NCBI RefSeq assembly: GCF_058153355.1
Contig: NZ_CM177019.1
Direction: 5' to 3' (one strand)
Length of the DNA: 64,000 nt
Positions 11,124 through 22,054 of this stretch are shown piece by piece. The stretch's first letter is position 1, and every line of letters begins with the position of its first letter. The translations under genes and the position numbers were made by a program. The notes below the pieces were generated by a model, which was given only the letters and a program-made list of their open reading frames with translations, made no database searches and was not told the DNA's origin.

Positions 11124-11723
11124 ATGAATTATGCATTGATAATCGCTATTATAATATCGTTCCCCTGTGCATTATTATCAGTTTTTCTGGTATTAAAAGA
11201 CTGGGCGCTAATAGGAGATGCAATGAACCACGCAATGTTTCCTGGCATAGTTCTAGCCTGGATTATAGGTATGCCGCTGGGAATTGGTGCATTTATTGTA
11301 GGACTGTCTTGTGCAATTGCAACTGGCTATCTGAAAGATAATAGCATCATAAAGAAAGATACCATTATAGGTATCGTTTTTTCAGGAATTTTTGTCTTGA
11401 CTATCAACAGGCACAAGTCAGCGGATTACAGATATCATTATTACATTACGGTTTACTCTGCATGGTATCGCCTACCATTTTTGCCACATTAAAAGCAGTC
11501 GGAATTATTCTGTCTATATACTATTAATAGCTCCAGGGTCTATTGCTGTCCTCATCACGCATCGCTTTCATAAGACATTACTTATCGCCGTAACGATATC
11601 AATAACAATATCAGGCGTATGGTTATTATATTTTCTCGACAGAGCCCCAGCGCCGACAATCGTCCTCTTATTTGCTGTAGCATTTCTTTTCGCGCTTATA
11701 ATAATCAATTTTCGGAAACAATA
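11124..11723 (+). pseudogene. degraded ABC-3 (ZnuB/MntB-like) permease remnant; frameshifted and internally shortened
   Basis: N-terminal frame gives ...ALIGDAMNHAMFPGIVLAWIIGMPLGIGAFIVGL... (like ZnuB GDTLAHASLLGVAFGLL); a second frame gives the permease C-terminus LIAPGSIAVLITHRFHKTLLIAVTISITISGVWLLYFLDRAPAPTIVLLFAVAFLFALII; total under 200 codons, AT-rich. Confidence 0.5.
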
Positions 11724-12003
11724 ATCTCAACAGTAGAATAAAGAGGCAAATCAATCATTACATATATAAGATGGTGCTAATATTGCACCGCCTTTAAATT
11801 GAACTTTATCCTTTCACCCTTACACAATTTAAGGAATGCAGATGACTATTTTATCAGCACCCAGCCTTTTTCCTGGTAATCGAAAACTTGAAAATCATTA
11901 ACTCTAAGAAATTCTGCCAAATCGTTGAAATTACTTTAAATTAGACTCGAACAAATCAACCCCTGATGGGGCTTTTACTTATCCATTTAATCGGGTATAT
12001 ATC

Positions 12004-12053
12004 GACCTCCATCTGCCCGCCTCAGATTCGTACCTGGTGGAGGTCTTTTTTCG
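12004..12053 (+). terminator. hairpin plus T-run in AT-rich island
   Basis: gacctcca...tggaggtc inverted repeat followed by ttttttcg. Confidence 0.35.
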
Positions 12054-12112
12054 TTACCTCTTTCCCCCTTTAGTTCAGTATAAAATCATCAAACTAATGC
12101 TGTTCACACTAT

Positions 12113-12292
12113 TTACCTCCAGCATTCTATATAAATAATAGAAATAAAAACCCCAATACATAGTGCATTGGCATGACCAAACATCAATGCCATTATACTC
12201 GCCTCTGTTAAATACTCGCTAGTTAATATGATAGGCACGCATGATATAACAATCCATATGCTAATACATAAATACACCAGTATTTTTCTCAT
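12113..12292 (-). CDS. hypothetical 59-aa hydrophobic small protein (candidate only)
   Basis: ATG preceded by AGGGA SD at 6-nt spacing; translation MRKILVYLCISIWIVISCVPIILTSEYLTEASIMALMFGHANALCIGVFISIIYIECWR with two hydrophobic stretches; lies in AT-rich DNA where chance ORFs are common. Confidence 0.2.
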   Translation of the reverse strand: MRKILVYLCISIWIVISCVPIILTSEYLTEASIMALMFGHANALCIGVFISIIYIECWR

Positions 12293-13049
12293 AGTCAGTC
12301 CCTGTGATTAACAATCAAGGCATAGTTAAGCATATTTCACATTCAAACGTAAACATTATTAATAACATTATGTCAATCGAACTGACATCACGATTCAAGC
12401 CCTCTTCAGACTGAAGGCTAGAGCAGCGTAGAACATTTCAAAACAATACACTGAAAAAATACTTGAACAAAAAACTTAATTCTTTTTTATTGTGAACTTT
12501 AGTAATTTTGTCATGCAACTCTTTATTACATTTAGGCCTATCTTATTTCATGGCAACGCAAATACAGGACCATTTCTTGTGCTATGGATAAGTAATAAGC
12601 TAGTTACATCTTATTAAGAGAACCATTTTCACATATCAAAATATCATCACCACCCACAATGAATTAAGTATTTTTCTTATTCTTTAGATTAGATACGTAA
12701 TGAATCCCTAACTCCATTCGGGTGTCATGGCTCTTTCATTTGAAATACATTCATATCCAATGTAATATTTCTATGCGCAAATATAACTACCGACCATACT
12801 CATCATTTATTACAGAGAATTATTTTATTCACCGAAAAGTTTCACAAAATATCCCCTGATAGAAAACTAAAAAACACTGCATAATATCGCTATTCTGGCA
12901 CTTGCGAAAAATTATATTCTGCACCTGTTGTAGCGTTCTATTTCTCCGCCTGGCAACGAATGCACAATGTCCGCCACAGTTTCTGTTCTAATTTCTTCCT
13001 GTGTTACCGCATCCTGTACGGGTAGCGCAACACCAGCATGCTAAGCAAG

Positions 13050-13309
13050 GCTTTCCCATCAGATTTCACTACGACTATTTGGGAGCGAGATGGAATGCAG
13101 CAGTAAAACGTGCTGGTATTCGCCGCCGTAATCCGTACCATACGCGACATACTTTTGCCTGCTGGCTGTTGACGGCAGGAGCGAACCCGGCATTTATAGC
13201 CAGCCAGATGGGGCATGAAACTGCGCAGATGGTGTATGAAATTTACGGTATGTGGATTGATGACATGAACGACGAACAGGTAGCTATGTTGAATGCGCGG
13301 TTATCGTAG
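13050..13309 (+). pseudogene. 5'-truncated tyrosine-recombinase (phage integrase) 3' fragment
   Basis: translation ...RRRNPYHTRHTFACWLLTAGANPAFIASQMGHETAQMVYEIYGMWIDDMNDEQ... carries the integrase C-terminal H-x-x-R/HT box and the catalytic Tyr region; no N-terminal domain; abuts ttcA 5' end where intR lies in K-12. Confidence 0.6.
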
Positions 13310-13360
13310 TTGCAAAGTTTGCCCCCAATTTGCCCCATTTAGTACCAGAGAACTGAAATA

Positions 13361-14296
13361 ATGCAAGAAAATCAAAAGAATACGAAGAAAGAGATATACA
13401 ATCTGAACAAATTACAAAAACGTCTGCGTCGTAACGTGGGCGAAGCCATTGCTGACTTCAATATGATTGAAGAAGGCGATCGCATCATGGTTTGCCTCTC
13501 CGGGGGTAAAGACAGCTATACCATGCTGGAGATTCTGCGCAATTTGCAGCAAAGCGCGCCAATCAATTTTTCGCTGGTGGCTGTTAACCTCGATCAAAAG
13601 CAACCGGGCTTCCCGGAACACGTTCTGCCCGAGTATCTTGAAAAGCTGGGCATTGAGTACAAGATTGTGGAAGAGAACACTTACGGTATCGTGAAAGAGA
13701 AGATTCCGGAGGGCAAAACCACTTGCTCACTGTGTTCTCGTCTTCGTCGCGGAATTCTTTACCGTACCGCAACGGAACTGGGAGCGACGAAGATCGCGCT
13801 GGGTCACCATCGTGACGATATCCTGCAAACGTTGTTCTTAAATATGTTCTACGGCGGCAAGATGAAAGGTATGCCTCCGAAACTGATGAGCGATGATGGC
13901 AAACATATTGTGATTCGTCCGCTGGCCTACTGCCGCGAGAAAGATATTCAGCGCTTTGCCGATGCAAAAGCGTTCCCGATTATTCCTTGCAACCTGTGCG
14001 GTTCACAGCCTAACCTGCAACGTCAGGTGATTGCTGACATGTTGCGTGACTGGGATAAACGTTATCCGGGGCGTATCGAGACGATGTTCAGCGCGATGCA
14101 GAATGTGGTGCCGTCGCATCTGTGCGATACCAACCTGTTCGATTTCAAAGGCATTACCCACGGTTCTGAAGTGGTTAACGGGGGTGATCTGGCGTTTGAT
14201 CGCGAAGAGATCCCTCTACAACCGGCGGGTTGGCAGCCTGAAGAAGATGAAAATCAGTTGGATGAGTTACGACTGAATGTGGTGGAAGTGAAATAA
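13361..14296 (+). CDS. ttcA: tRNA 2-thiocytidine(32) synthetase TtcA (311 aa)
   Basis: PP-loop ATPase motif CLSGGKDS plus CSLCSR/CNLC cysteine pairs. Confidence 0.9.
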   Translation: MQENQKNTKKEIYNLNKLQKRLRRNVGEAIADFNMIEEGDRIMVCLSGGKDSYTMLEILRNLQQSAPINFSLVAVNLDQKQPGFPEHVLPEYLEKLGIEYKIVEENTYGIVKEKIPEGKTTCSLCSRLRRGILYRTATELGATKIALGHHRDDILQTLFLNMFYGGKMKGMPPKLMSDDGKHIVIRPLAYCREKDIQRFADAKAFPIIPCNLCGSQPNLQRQVIADMLRDWDKRYPGRIETMFSAMQNVVPSHLCDTNLFDFKGITHGSEVVNGGDLAFDREEIPLQPAGWQPEEDENQLDELRLNVVEVK

Positions 14297-14400
14297 CCCG
14301 GATAGCGCCCGATGCGCAAGCTTATCGGGCTACTCTTATGGAGGCCGGATAAGACGCGGCCAGCGTCGCATCCGGCAATCCCGAAGAAGATGTTTACTCT
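14297..14400. repeat. REP/BIME-type extragenic palindromes
   Basis: gcccgatgcgcaagcttatcgggc and gccggataagacgcggccagcgtcgcatccggc between convergent ttcA and dbpA. Confidence 0.6.
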
Positions 14401-14424
14401 TGCACCCTGCGATTCAACATTTCA

Positions 14425-15798
14425 TTATTTTAATAACCGCACCCGGCACGTTTTTCCTTTAATTTTACCGCCCTGTAACTGTTTCCATGCTTTATGAGCA
14501 ACAGCCTGACGCACCGCGACATAGACATGCGCCGGATGCACGGCGATTTTGCCAATATCTGCGCCATCAAGCCCGATATCTCCTGTCAGCGCACCTAATA
14601 CATCACCCGGGCGCATTTTGGCTTTTTTCCCGCCATCGATACATAACGTTGCCATTTCTGCTTCCAGCGGCACAATGGAACTATTAACTGGCGGCGTTTG
14701 CCAGTTAAGTTTTATCTGCAACATGTCAGAAATGATATTGGCCCGCTGTGCTTCTTCCGGGGCACAGAAACTGATCGCCAGACCGCTATTTCCTGCACGC
14801 GCTGTACGCCCGATGCGATGTACATGAACTTCAGGGTCCCACGCCAGTTCAAAGTTCACTACCAGCTCAAGCGATTTAATATCAAGACCACGCGCAGCAA
14901 CATCCGTCGCAACCAGCACACGAGCGCTACCGTTAGCAAAACGTACCAGGGTCTGATCGCGGTCACGTTGCTCCAGATCGCCATGTAACGACAATGCACT
15001 TTGCCCTATGTCATTCAGCGCGTCGCAGACAGCCTGACAATCTTTTTTGGTATTGCAAAACACCACGCAAGAGGATGGCTGATGCAAACTTAATAACCGT
15101 TGCAACAGCGGAATTTTGCCTTTGCTGGATGTCTCATAAAATTGTTGTTCAATGGGAGGCAGAGCATCTGTTGAGTCAATTTCAATCGCCAATGGATCGC
15201 GTTGAACTCGTCCGCTGATTGCGGTGATGGCTTCCGGCCAGGTTGCCGAAAACAGAAGCGTCTGTCGAGATGCTGGCGCAAAACGGATAACATCATCAAT
15301 GGCATCGCTAAATCCCATATCCAGCATGCGATCGGCTTCATCCATCACCAGCATATTCAACGCATCCAGTGATACCGTGCCTTTTTGCAGATGGTCCAGC
15401 AAACGCCCCGGGGTTGCCACGATAATATGCGGCGCATGTTGCAACGAATCACGCTGCATACCGAACGGTTGACCACCGCACAAAGTCAAAATTTTGGTAT
15501 TTGGCAGAAAACGCGCCAGCCGACGCAATTCACCTGCCACCTGATCCGCCAGTTCACGCGTAGGGCACAGCACTAAAGCCTGGGTCTGAAATAGCGACGC
15601 ATCAACTTTCTGTAGCAGCCCGAGGCCAAAAGCCGCCGTTTTGCCGCTGCCGGTTTTCGCCTGCACGCGAACATCTTTTCCGGCAAGGATCGCCGGAAGC
15701 GCGGCAGCCTGCACCGGCGTCATAGTTAAATAACCCAACTCATTAAGGTTCGTGAGTTGGGCGGGAGGCAAAACATTCAGGGTAGAAAAAGCGGTCAC
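14425..15798 (-). CDS. dbpA: ATP-dependent RNA helicase DbpA (457 aa, GTG start)
   Basis: DEAD-box motifs AKTGSGKT, VMDEADRM, SAT; C-terminal RNA-binding domain. Confidence 0.9.
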   Translation of the reverse strand: MTAFSTLNVLPPAQLTNLNELGYLTMTPVQAAALPAILAGKDVRVQAKTGSGKTAAFGLGLLQKVDASLFQTQALVLCPTRELADQVAGELRRLARFLPNTKILTLCGGQPFGMQRDSLQHAPHIIVATPGRLLDHLQKGTVSLDALNMLVMDEADRMLDMGFSDAIDDVIRFAPASRQTLLFSATWPEAITAISGRVQRDPLAIEIDSTDALPPIEQQFYETSSKGKIPLLQRLLSLHQPSSCVVFCNTKKDCQAVCDALNDIGQSALSLHGDLEQRDRDQTLVRFANGSARVLVATDVAARGLDIKSLELVVNFELAWDPEVHVHRIGRTARAGNSGLAISFCAPEEAQRANIISDMLQIKLNWQTPPVNSSIVPLEAEMATLCIDGGKKAKMRPGDVLGALTGDIGLDGADIGKIAVHPAHVYVAVRQAVAHKAWKQLQGGKIKGKTCRVRLLK

Positions 15799-15828
15799 AA
15801 TCTGTTCTCGTGGTCATCGACGCAAAAA

Positions 15829-16002
15829 TTAGCAAGCGCGTATCCTCGCAGATCTACGCTCACGATGCGACAATTTAATCGGTTCTTCATCGGGTGGTGG
15901 GTCAGGCATGGGTTGCGGGCGAGGGATTGGATCGGGCACTGGAACAGGATCGCCAGGAATCGGTTCAGGGACAGGAATTTGCAAATAAATGAGTGTCGTC
16001 AT
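15829..16002 (-). CDS. hypothetical proline-rich small protein (57 aa)
   Basis: strong SD GGAGGG 6 nt upstream of ATG; translation MTTLIYLQIPVPEPIPGDPVPVPDPIPRPQPMPDPPPDEEPIKLSHRERRSARIRAC; between FnrS terminator and dbpA start; below the 60-aa ORF track threshold. Confidence 0.4.
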   Translation of the reverse strand: MTTLIYLQIPVPEPIPGDPVPVPDPIPRPQPMPDPPPDEEPIKLSHRERRSARIRAC

Positions 16003-16060
16003 ATTTCCCTCCGGTCATTGGGTGGACTCTTAAAGGGTAGACGCTGATATATAACAGGCA

Positions 16061-16181
16061 AAAAAAAGCCGACTCATCAAAGTCGGCGTCGTACGAATCA
16101 ATTGTGCTATGCAGTAATTCAAAAAAGGAAGTAAGACAATATGGAGCGCAACGCCCATCGCTTGACGTTGCATTCACCTGC
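16061..16181 (-). ncRNA. fnrS: FnrS sRNA (FNR-activated, anaerobic)
   Basis: reverse complement reads GCAGGTGAATGCAACGTCAAGCGATGGGCGTTGCGCTCCATATTGTCTTACTTCCTTTTTTGAATTACTGCATAGCACAATTGATTCGTACGACGCCGACTTTGATGAGTCGGCTTTTTTTT; zntB-dbpA intergenic location as in K-12. Confidence 0.85.
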
Positions 16182-16216
16182 AAGAGAGATATTGCCCTGA
16201 ATGGGTAGAGAGTTTA

Positions 16217-16230
16217 TTGACTTCGCTCAA
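16217..16230 (-). promoter_or_regulatory. FNR binding site upstream of fnrS
   Basis: TTGAGCGAAGTCAA (TTGAT-N4-ATCAA class) centred about 42 bp upstream of the inferred FnrS 5' end. Confidence 0.65.
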
Positions 16231-16276
16231 ACTTTGCGGCGTTTTTGTATACAGACCGCCGGAAAAATTGCTTTTG

Positions 16277-17281
<1,005 letters not shown>

Positions 17282-17513
17282 TTATTTTGTAGTCTAGCCT
17301 TCTGGCCCTGTTACGCAACATCTCATCACCCCATTACCCTGAAATGATTAATAAAATTCTGTCTAAATTGAATACAAAAAGCAAAATGCTTTTCCATATA
17401 CAAACCGTGTGAAGTGTTAAATAGCGTCTATCATTATCAGAATTATCTGATCATATGACGTGGCTTTTTGCGATCGGATAGCAACAAAAATTGATAAAAA
17501 TAACGGGATCTCA

Positions 17514-18746
17514 ATGATTACGCACAACTTCAATACCCTAGACTTACTCACCAGTCCTGTCTGGATCGTTTCGCCCTTTGAGGAACAGTTAATTTATGCC
17601 AACAGCGCGGCACGACTGTTGATGCAAGACCTCACGTTTAGTCAGCTACGAACCGGTCCCTATTCCGTCTCCTCACAAAAAGAACTACCGAAATACCTCT
17701 CCGATCTGCAAAACCAACACGATATTATCGAAATCCTCACCGTTCAACGTAAAGAAGAGGAAACAGCATTAAGCTGTCGGCTTGTTTTGCGAGAGCTGAC
17801 AGAAGCAGAACCGGTGATTATTTTCGAAGGTATCGAAGCGCCGGCAACGCTGGGTTTAAAAGCCAGTCGCTCGGCAAATTATCAGCGCAAAAAACAAGGT
17901 TTTTATGCGCGCTTTTTTCTGACTAACTCTGCACCAATGTTGTTGATTGACCCCTCACGAGATGGCCAAATCGTCGATGCTAACCTCGCCGCGCTCAATT
18001 TCTATGGTTATAACCATGAAACGATGTGCCAGAAACATACCTGGGAAATTAATATGCTCGGGCGTCGCGTCATGCCTATCATGCATGAAATCTCGCATTT
18101 ACCCGGTGGTCATAAGCCTTTGAATTTTGTTCATAAACTGGCGGATGGTTCGACTCGTCATGTGCAGACCTATGCTGGGCCGATTGAAATTTATGGCGAC
18201 AAGCTCATGTTATGTATTGTGCATGATATTACGGAGCAAAAACGGCTGGAGGAGCAGCTGGAACATGCTGCCCACCATGACGCGATGACCGGATTACTGA
18301 ATCGGCGACAGTTTTATCACATTACCGAGCCAGGCCAAATGCAGCACCTCGCCATCGTTCAGGATTACAGCTTATTGCTCATCGACACCGATCGTTTTAA
18401 ACACATTAACGATCTCTATGGGCATTCTAAAGGTGATGAGGTGTTATGCGCCCTTGCCCGCACTCTCGAAAGCTGCGCTCGCAAAGGCGATTTGGTGTTT
18501 CGTTGGGGAGGCGAAGAGTTTGTCTTATTGCTACCAAGAACCCCACTGGATACCGCGCTTTCGCTGGCTGAAACTATCCGCGTAAGCGTGGCAAAAGTGA
18601 GTATTTCGGGCTTACCACGCTTTACCGTCAGCATTGGTGTGGCGCATCACGAAGGAAATGAAAGCATCGATGAACTGTTTAAACGCGTTGATGATGCTTT
18701 GTATCGGGCGAAAAATGATGGACGCAACCGCGTGCTGGCGGCATAA
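17514..18746 (+). CDS. dgcM: diguanylate cyclase DgcM/YdaM (410 aa from MITHNFNTLD)
   Basis: PAS domains followed by GGDEF domain with RWGGEEF active-site motif. Confidence 0.85.
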   Translation: MITHNFNTLDLLTSPVWIVSPFEEQLIYANSAARLLMQDLTFSQLRTGPYSVSSQKELPKYLSDLQNQHDIIEILTVQRKEEETALSCRLVLRELTEAEPVIIFEGIEAPATLGLKASRSANYQRKKQGFYARFFLTNSAPMLLIDPSRDGQIVDANLAALNFYGYNHETMCQKHTWEINMLGRRVMPIMHEISHLPGGHKPLNFVHKLADGSTRHVQTYAGPIEIYGDKLMLCIVHDITEQKRLEEQLEHAAHHDAMTGLLNRRQFYHITEPGQMQHLAIVQDYSLLLIDTDRFKHINDLYGHSKGDEVLCALARTLESCARKGDLVFRWGGEEFVLLLPRTPLDTALSLAETIRVSVAKVSISGLPRFTVSIGVAHHEGNESIDELFKRVDDALYRAKNDGRNRVLAA

Positions 18747-18766
18747 GCCGCGGATGCGTCTCGAGA

Positions 18767-19330
18767 TCAACGACTGCGCTTAGCGTGGCGCTCCCAGTTT
18801 TCTTGCTTTGCCTGCGCCGTTTTACGTAGTGCGACGTAACACGCCCCGCTGCCGCCATGATGCGGTAGCGCGGTACAATATGCCTGGACATCATCAAATT
18901 CGGTCAACCAGCGCGCCACATAGCTGCGGACAATATTGGCATGCGATTTATCTTCCCGCCCTTTACCATGAATAATCAGCACATTACGCAAACCATCCGC
19001 CAGGGCTTGTTGAATGAAACTGAACACCATTTTGCGGCACTCTTCCACCGGCTGGCGCAAAAGATTCAGGCTCGCCTGTTGCGGATATTTACCACTGCGC
19101 AGCTTATCCAGCACCCCATGTTGCAACCCTTCCCGCCGAAACTCCAGCGGCTGGCTTAGCGGGATGATGTCGAGAAATCCGGTGGTGAGGAAATTATCAA
19201 GTTGCAGCGTGTCGATACGCTGCGGCGCACGTTGGTTACGCGTTGGATGCCAGTGGACATCTGTAGCACGTTTCAGCGGCTGGACATCTTCCATGGCGTC
19301 AAGAAACAGCGATTTGTCGTCAAGGTTCAT
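18767..19330 (-). CDS. smrA: Smr-domain DNA endonuclease SmrA/YdaL (187 aa)
   Basis: 187-aa ORF with Smr-domain core ...LIIHGKGREDKSHANIVRSYVARWL...; position matches ydaL. Confidence 0.8.
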   Translation of the reverse strand: MNLDDKSLFLDAMEDVQPLKRATDVHWHPTRNQRAPQRIDTLQLDNFLTTGFLDIIPLSQPLEFRREGLQHGVLDKLRSGKYPQQASLNLLRQPVEECRKMVFSFIQQALADGLRNVLIIHGKGREDKSHANIVRSYVARWLTEFDDVQAYCTALPHHGGSGACYVALRKTAQAKQENWERHAKRSR

Positions 19331-19557
19331 GTTACATCCTCCCGCAATTAAGAGCGCGATATGATAACCAGACCGGGTCGGTCCAACAACGTATTACCCA
19401 AAATTCCAGTAATAAGTTCCAAATATTGCCGATATTTTAAGCAAAATGCTTATGCATGATTATTCATTCACGATATTAATAATGTAACTTATATTTTCGT
19501 GAAATCTGTCACTGAAGAAAATTGGCAACTAAAGGTTAAAACCGTTATAACACAGTC

Positions 19558-19651
19558 ACCGGCGCAGAGGAGACCATGCCGGATTTAAGACGCGGATGCA
19601 CTGCTGTGTGTACTGTAGAGTCTGGCGGATGTCGACAGACTCTATTTTTTT
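19558..19651 (+). ncRNA. mcaS: McaS (IsrA) sRNA
   Basis: ACCGGCGCAGAGGAGACCATGCCGGATTTAAGACGCGGATGCACTGCTGTGTGTACTGTAGAGTCTGGCGGATGTCGACAGACTCTATTTTTTT; matches recalled McaS; abgR-smrA intergenic; intrinsic terminator. Confidence 0.8.
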
Positions 19652-19659
19652 ATGCAGTT

Positions 19660-20568
19660 TTAACTTTGCAGATAGCCGCATTCTCGCCGGAATTGCGTGA
19701 TTAATGACGCGGTCAGCGGTGTCTGGCGACTATCACGCCGCTGAATCAAATAATAGGCCGCTTTCGGTAAAATTTCGCTAACCGGCAACATCACCAGCCC
19801 CTGTCCGTGCAAGGGATCGCAGCCCATTTCTTCAGGTAGTATGCTGAGAAAATCGCTTTTTGCCACCAGACTGATACAGGCTGAAAACGTCTCGCAGACT
19901 ACGCCGACCTGTGGCGTTTGCGCCTGATCGTCAAGCAATTCACTCAACTGTTTGTAGTAGCTGCCGTGTGGCGTCGGCATTGTCCAGCTGTAGTCCAGTA
20001 ACTGTTTGATCGAACGGGCACCAATGGCGGGATGTCCCGGGCGGCAAAAGATCGCGAATTGCTTTTCCAGTAATTTCTCAAAAGTAAATTCGTGGTCGTA
20101 GGGTCCCTGATAATAGGTATTGATGGTGAAATCCAGTTCTCCCTGGCGCAATTCATTAATCATCGACACCAGTTGCCCTTCCATAATGCGTACTTTTACC
20201 TGCGGATGCTGCTGATGAAAACGAGATATGACAGCTGGCATCAGACTGCGGGAAATACTGGCCCCCATGCCGATATTAATTTGCCCTGCCAGTTGCCCTT
20301 GTCGTTGGCGAATATCCTCTTGCGCTGCGCGCAGCTCTTCAAGAATAAGACTGGCGTGCTGATAAAAACTTTCGCCGGCATCAGTTAACGTCACGCCTTT
20401 ACTACGGCGAAAAAAGAGTTGTGCCGCTAACCCTTCTTCCAGCTCCTGAATAGATTTACTCAGTGCCGGTTGCGACATATTCAACATTCGGCTCGCTCCG
20501 CGAATGCTGCCCTGACGAGCCACTTCAACAAAAGCCCGAATTTGATGAATTTTTACCTGAAAAGCCAT
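19660..20568 (-). CDS. abgR: LysR-type transcriptional regulator AbgR (302 aa)
   Basis: N-terminal HTH (QIRAFVEVARQGSIRGASRMLNMSQPALSKSIQELE); divergent from abgA. Confidence 0.85.
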   Translation of the reverse strand: MAFQVKIHQIRAFVEVARQGSIRGASRMLNMSQPALSKSIQELEEGLAAQLFFRRSKGVTLTDAGESFYQHASLILEELRAAQEDIRQRQGQLAGQINIGMGASISRSLMPAVISRFHQQHPQVKVRIMEGQLVSMINELRQGELDFTINTYYQGPYDHEFTFEKLLEKQFAIFCRPGHPAIGARSIKQLLDYSWTMPTPHGSYYKQLSELLDDQAQTPQVGVVCETFSACISLVAKSDFLSILPEEMGCDPLHGQGLVMLPVSEILPKAAYYLIQRRDSRQTPLTASLITQFRRECGYLQS

Positions 20569-20743
20569 GACGCCACCGATAACCGTTATTTATCAGACCA
20601 AAGAAACTGGCATCTACTTTAATGCAGATGATTGTGTCAGGGTAATTTATGAACGGTTAAAACTGTGAAAAATCAGTTAGTGATAAGTAAAAACTATCAC
20701 TACGTGAACCGGGTCACATTTTTTACTGATGACGGGAAAGGTT

Positions 20744-22054
20744 ATGGAGTCTTTGAATCAATTTGTTAATTCGCTTGCCCCAAGATTATCGCACTGGCGA
20801 CGTGATTTTCATCGCTATGCAGAGTCTGGCTGGGTGGAATTCCGCACAGCCACCCTTGTTGCAGAAGAATTGCACCAGCTCGGCTATTCACTGGCGCTGG
20901 GCCGCGAAGTCGTTAATGAAAGTAGTCGGATGGGACTACCTGATGAACTCACTCTACAGCGCGAATTCGAGCGCGCTCTTCAACAAGGTGCGTTAGCACA
21001 ATGGATTGCGGCTTTTGAAGGTGGTTTCACTGGCATCGTCGCCACCCTGGATACCGGTCGCCCCGGTCCGGTGATGGCTTTCCGTGTCGATATGGACGCG
21101 CTGGATCTCAGTGAAGAACGGGATGTCAGCCATCGCCCCTACCGCGACGGTTTTGCGTCATGTAACGCCGGAATGATGCATGCCTGTGGTCATGATGGAC
21201 ATACCGCTATTGGGCTTGGGCTGGCGCACACCCTTAAACAGTTCGAGTCCGGACTTCACGGCGTCATCAAACTGATTTTTCAGCCTGCAGAGGAAGGTAC
21301 GCGTGGCGCGCGGGCGATGGTCGATGCAGGTGTAGTGGATGATGTTGATTATTTTACTGCCGTGCACATTGGCACTGGCGTACCTGCGGGCACCGTGGTG
21401 TGCGGCAGTGATAATTTTATGGCAACAACCAAATTTGACGCGCACTTCACTGGTACCGCCGCTCACGCAGGCGCAAAACCACAAGACGGTCACAATGCCT
21501 TACTGGCGGCAGCACAAGCAACTCTTGCGCTGCATGGAATCGCCCCGCACAGCGAAGGGGCTTCCAGAGTAAACGTGGGCGTTATGCAGGCAGGAAGCGG
21601 TCGTAATGTGGTTCCTGCCTCGGCGTTGCTGAAAGTTGAAACTCGAGGGGTCAGCGACGTCATCAATCAATATGTTTTTGACCGTGCACAACAAGCGATT
21701 CAGGGCGCAGCAGCCATGTATGGTGTCGGCGTTGAAACTCGGCTGATGGGTGCAGCTACCGCCAGTTCTCCTTCGCCGCAATGGGTCGCATGGTTACAAA
21801 GCCAGGCGGCTCAGGTCGCGGGGGTCAATCAGGCCATTGAACGTGTTGAAGCGCCTGCGGGTTCCGAAGATGCCACATTAATGATGGCCCGCGTGCAGCG
21901 ACATCAAGGGCAAGCCTCCTATATGGTGTTTGGCACACAGCTGGCAGCAGGTCATCACAACGAAAAATTCGATTTTGACGAGCAGGTTCTCGCTATTGCC
22001 GTCGAAACGCTGGCGCGCACCGCGCTCAACTTTCCCTGGACGCGAGGTATCTGA
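20744..22054 (+). CDS. abgA: p-aminobenzoyl-glutamate hydrolase subunit A (M20 peptidase, 436 aa from MESLNQF)
   Basis: M20 amidohydrolase metal-binding signature ACGHDGH; stop overlaps abgB start. Confidence 0.85.
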   Translation: MESLNQFVNSLAPRLSHWRRDFHRYAESGWVEFRTATLVAEELHQLGYSLALGREVVNESSRMGLPDELTLQREFERALQQGALAQWIAAFEGGFTGIVATLDTGRPGPVMAFRVDMDALDLSEERDVSHRPYRDGFASCNAGMMHACGHDGHTAIGLGLAHTLKQFESGLHGVIKLIFQPAEEGTRGARAMVDAGVVDDVDYFTAVHIGTGVPAGTVVCGSDNFMATTKFDAHFTGTAAHAGAKPQDGHNALLAAAQATLALHGIAPHSEGASRVNVGVMQAGSGRNVVPASALLKVETRGVSDVINQYVFDRAQQAIQGAAAMYGVGVETRLMGAATASSPSPQWVAWLQSQAAQVAGVNQAIERVEAPAGSEDATLMMARVQRHQGQASYMVFGTQLAAGHHNEKFDFDEQVLAIAVETLARTALNFPWTRGI

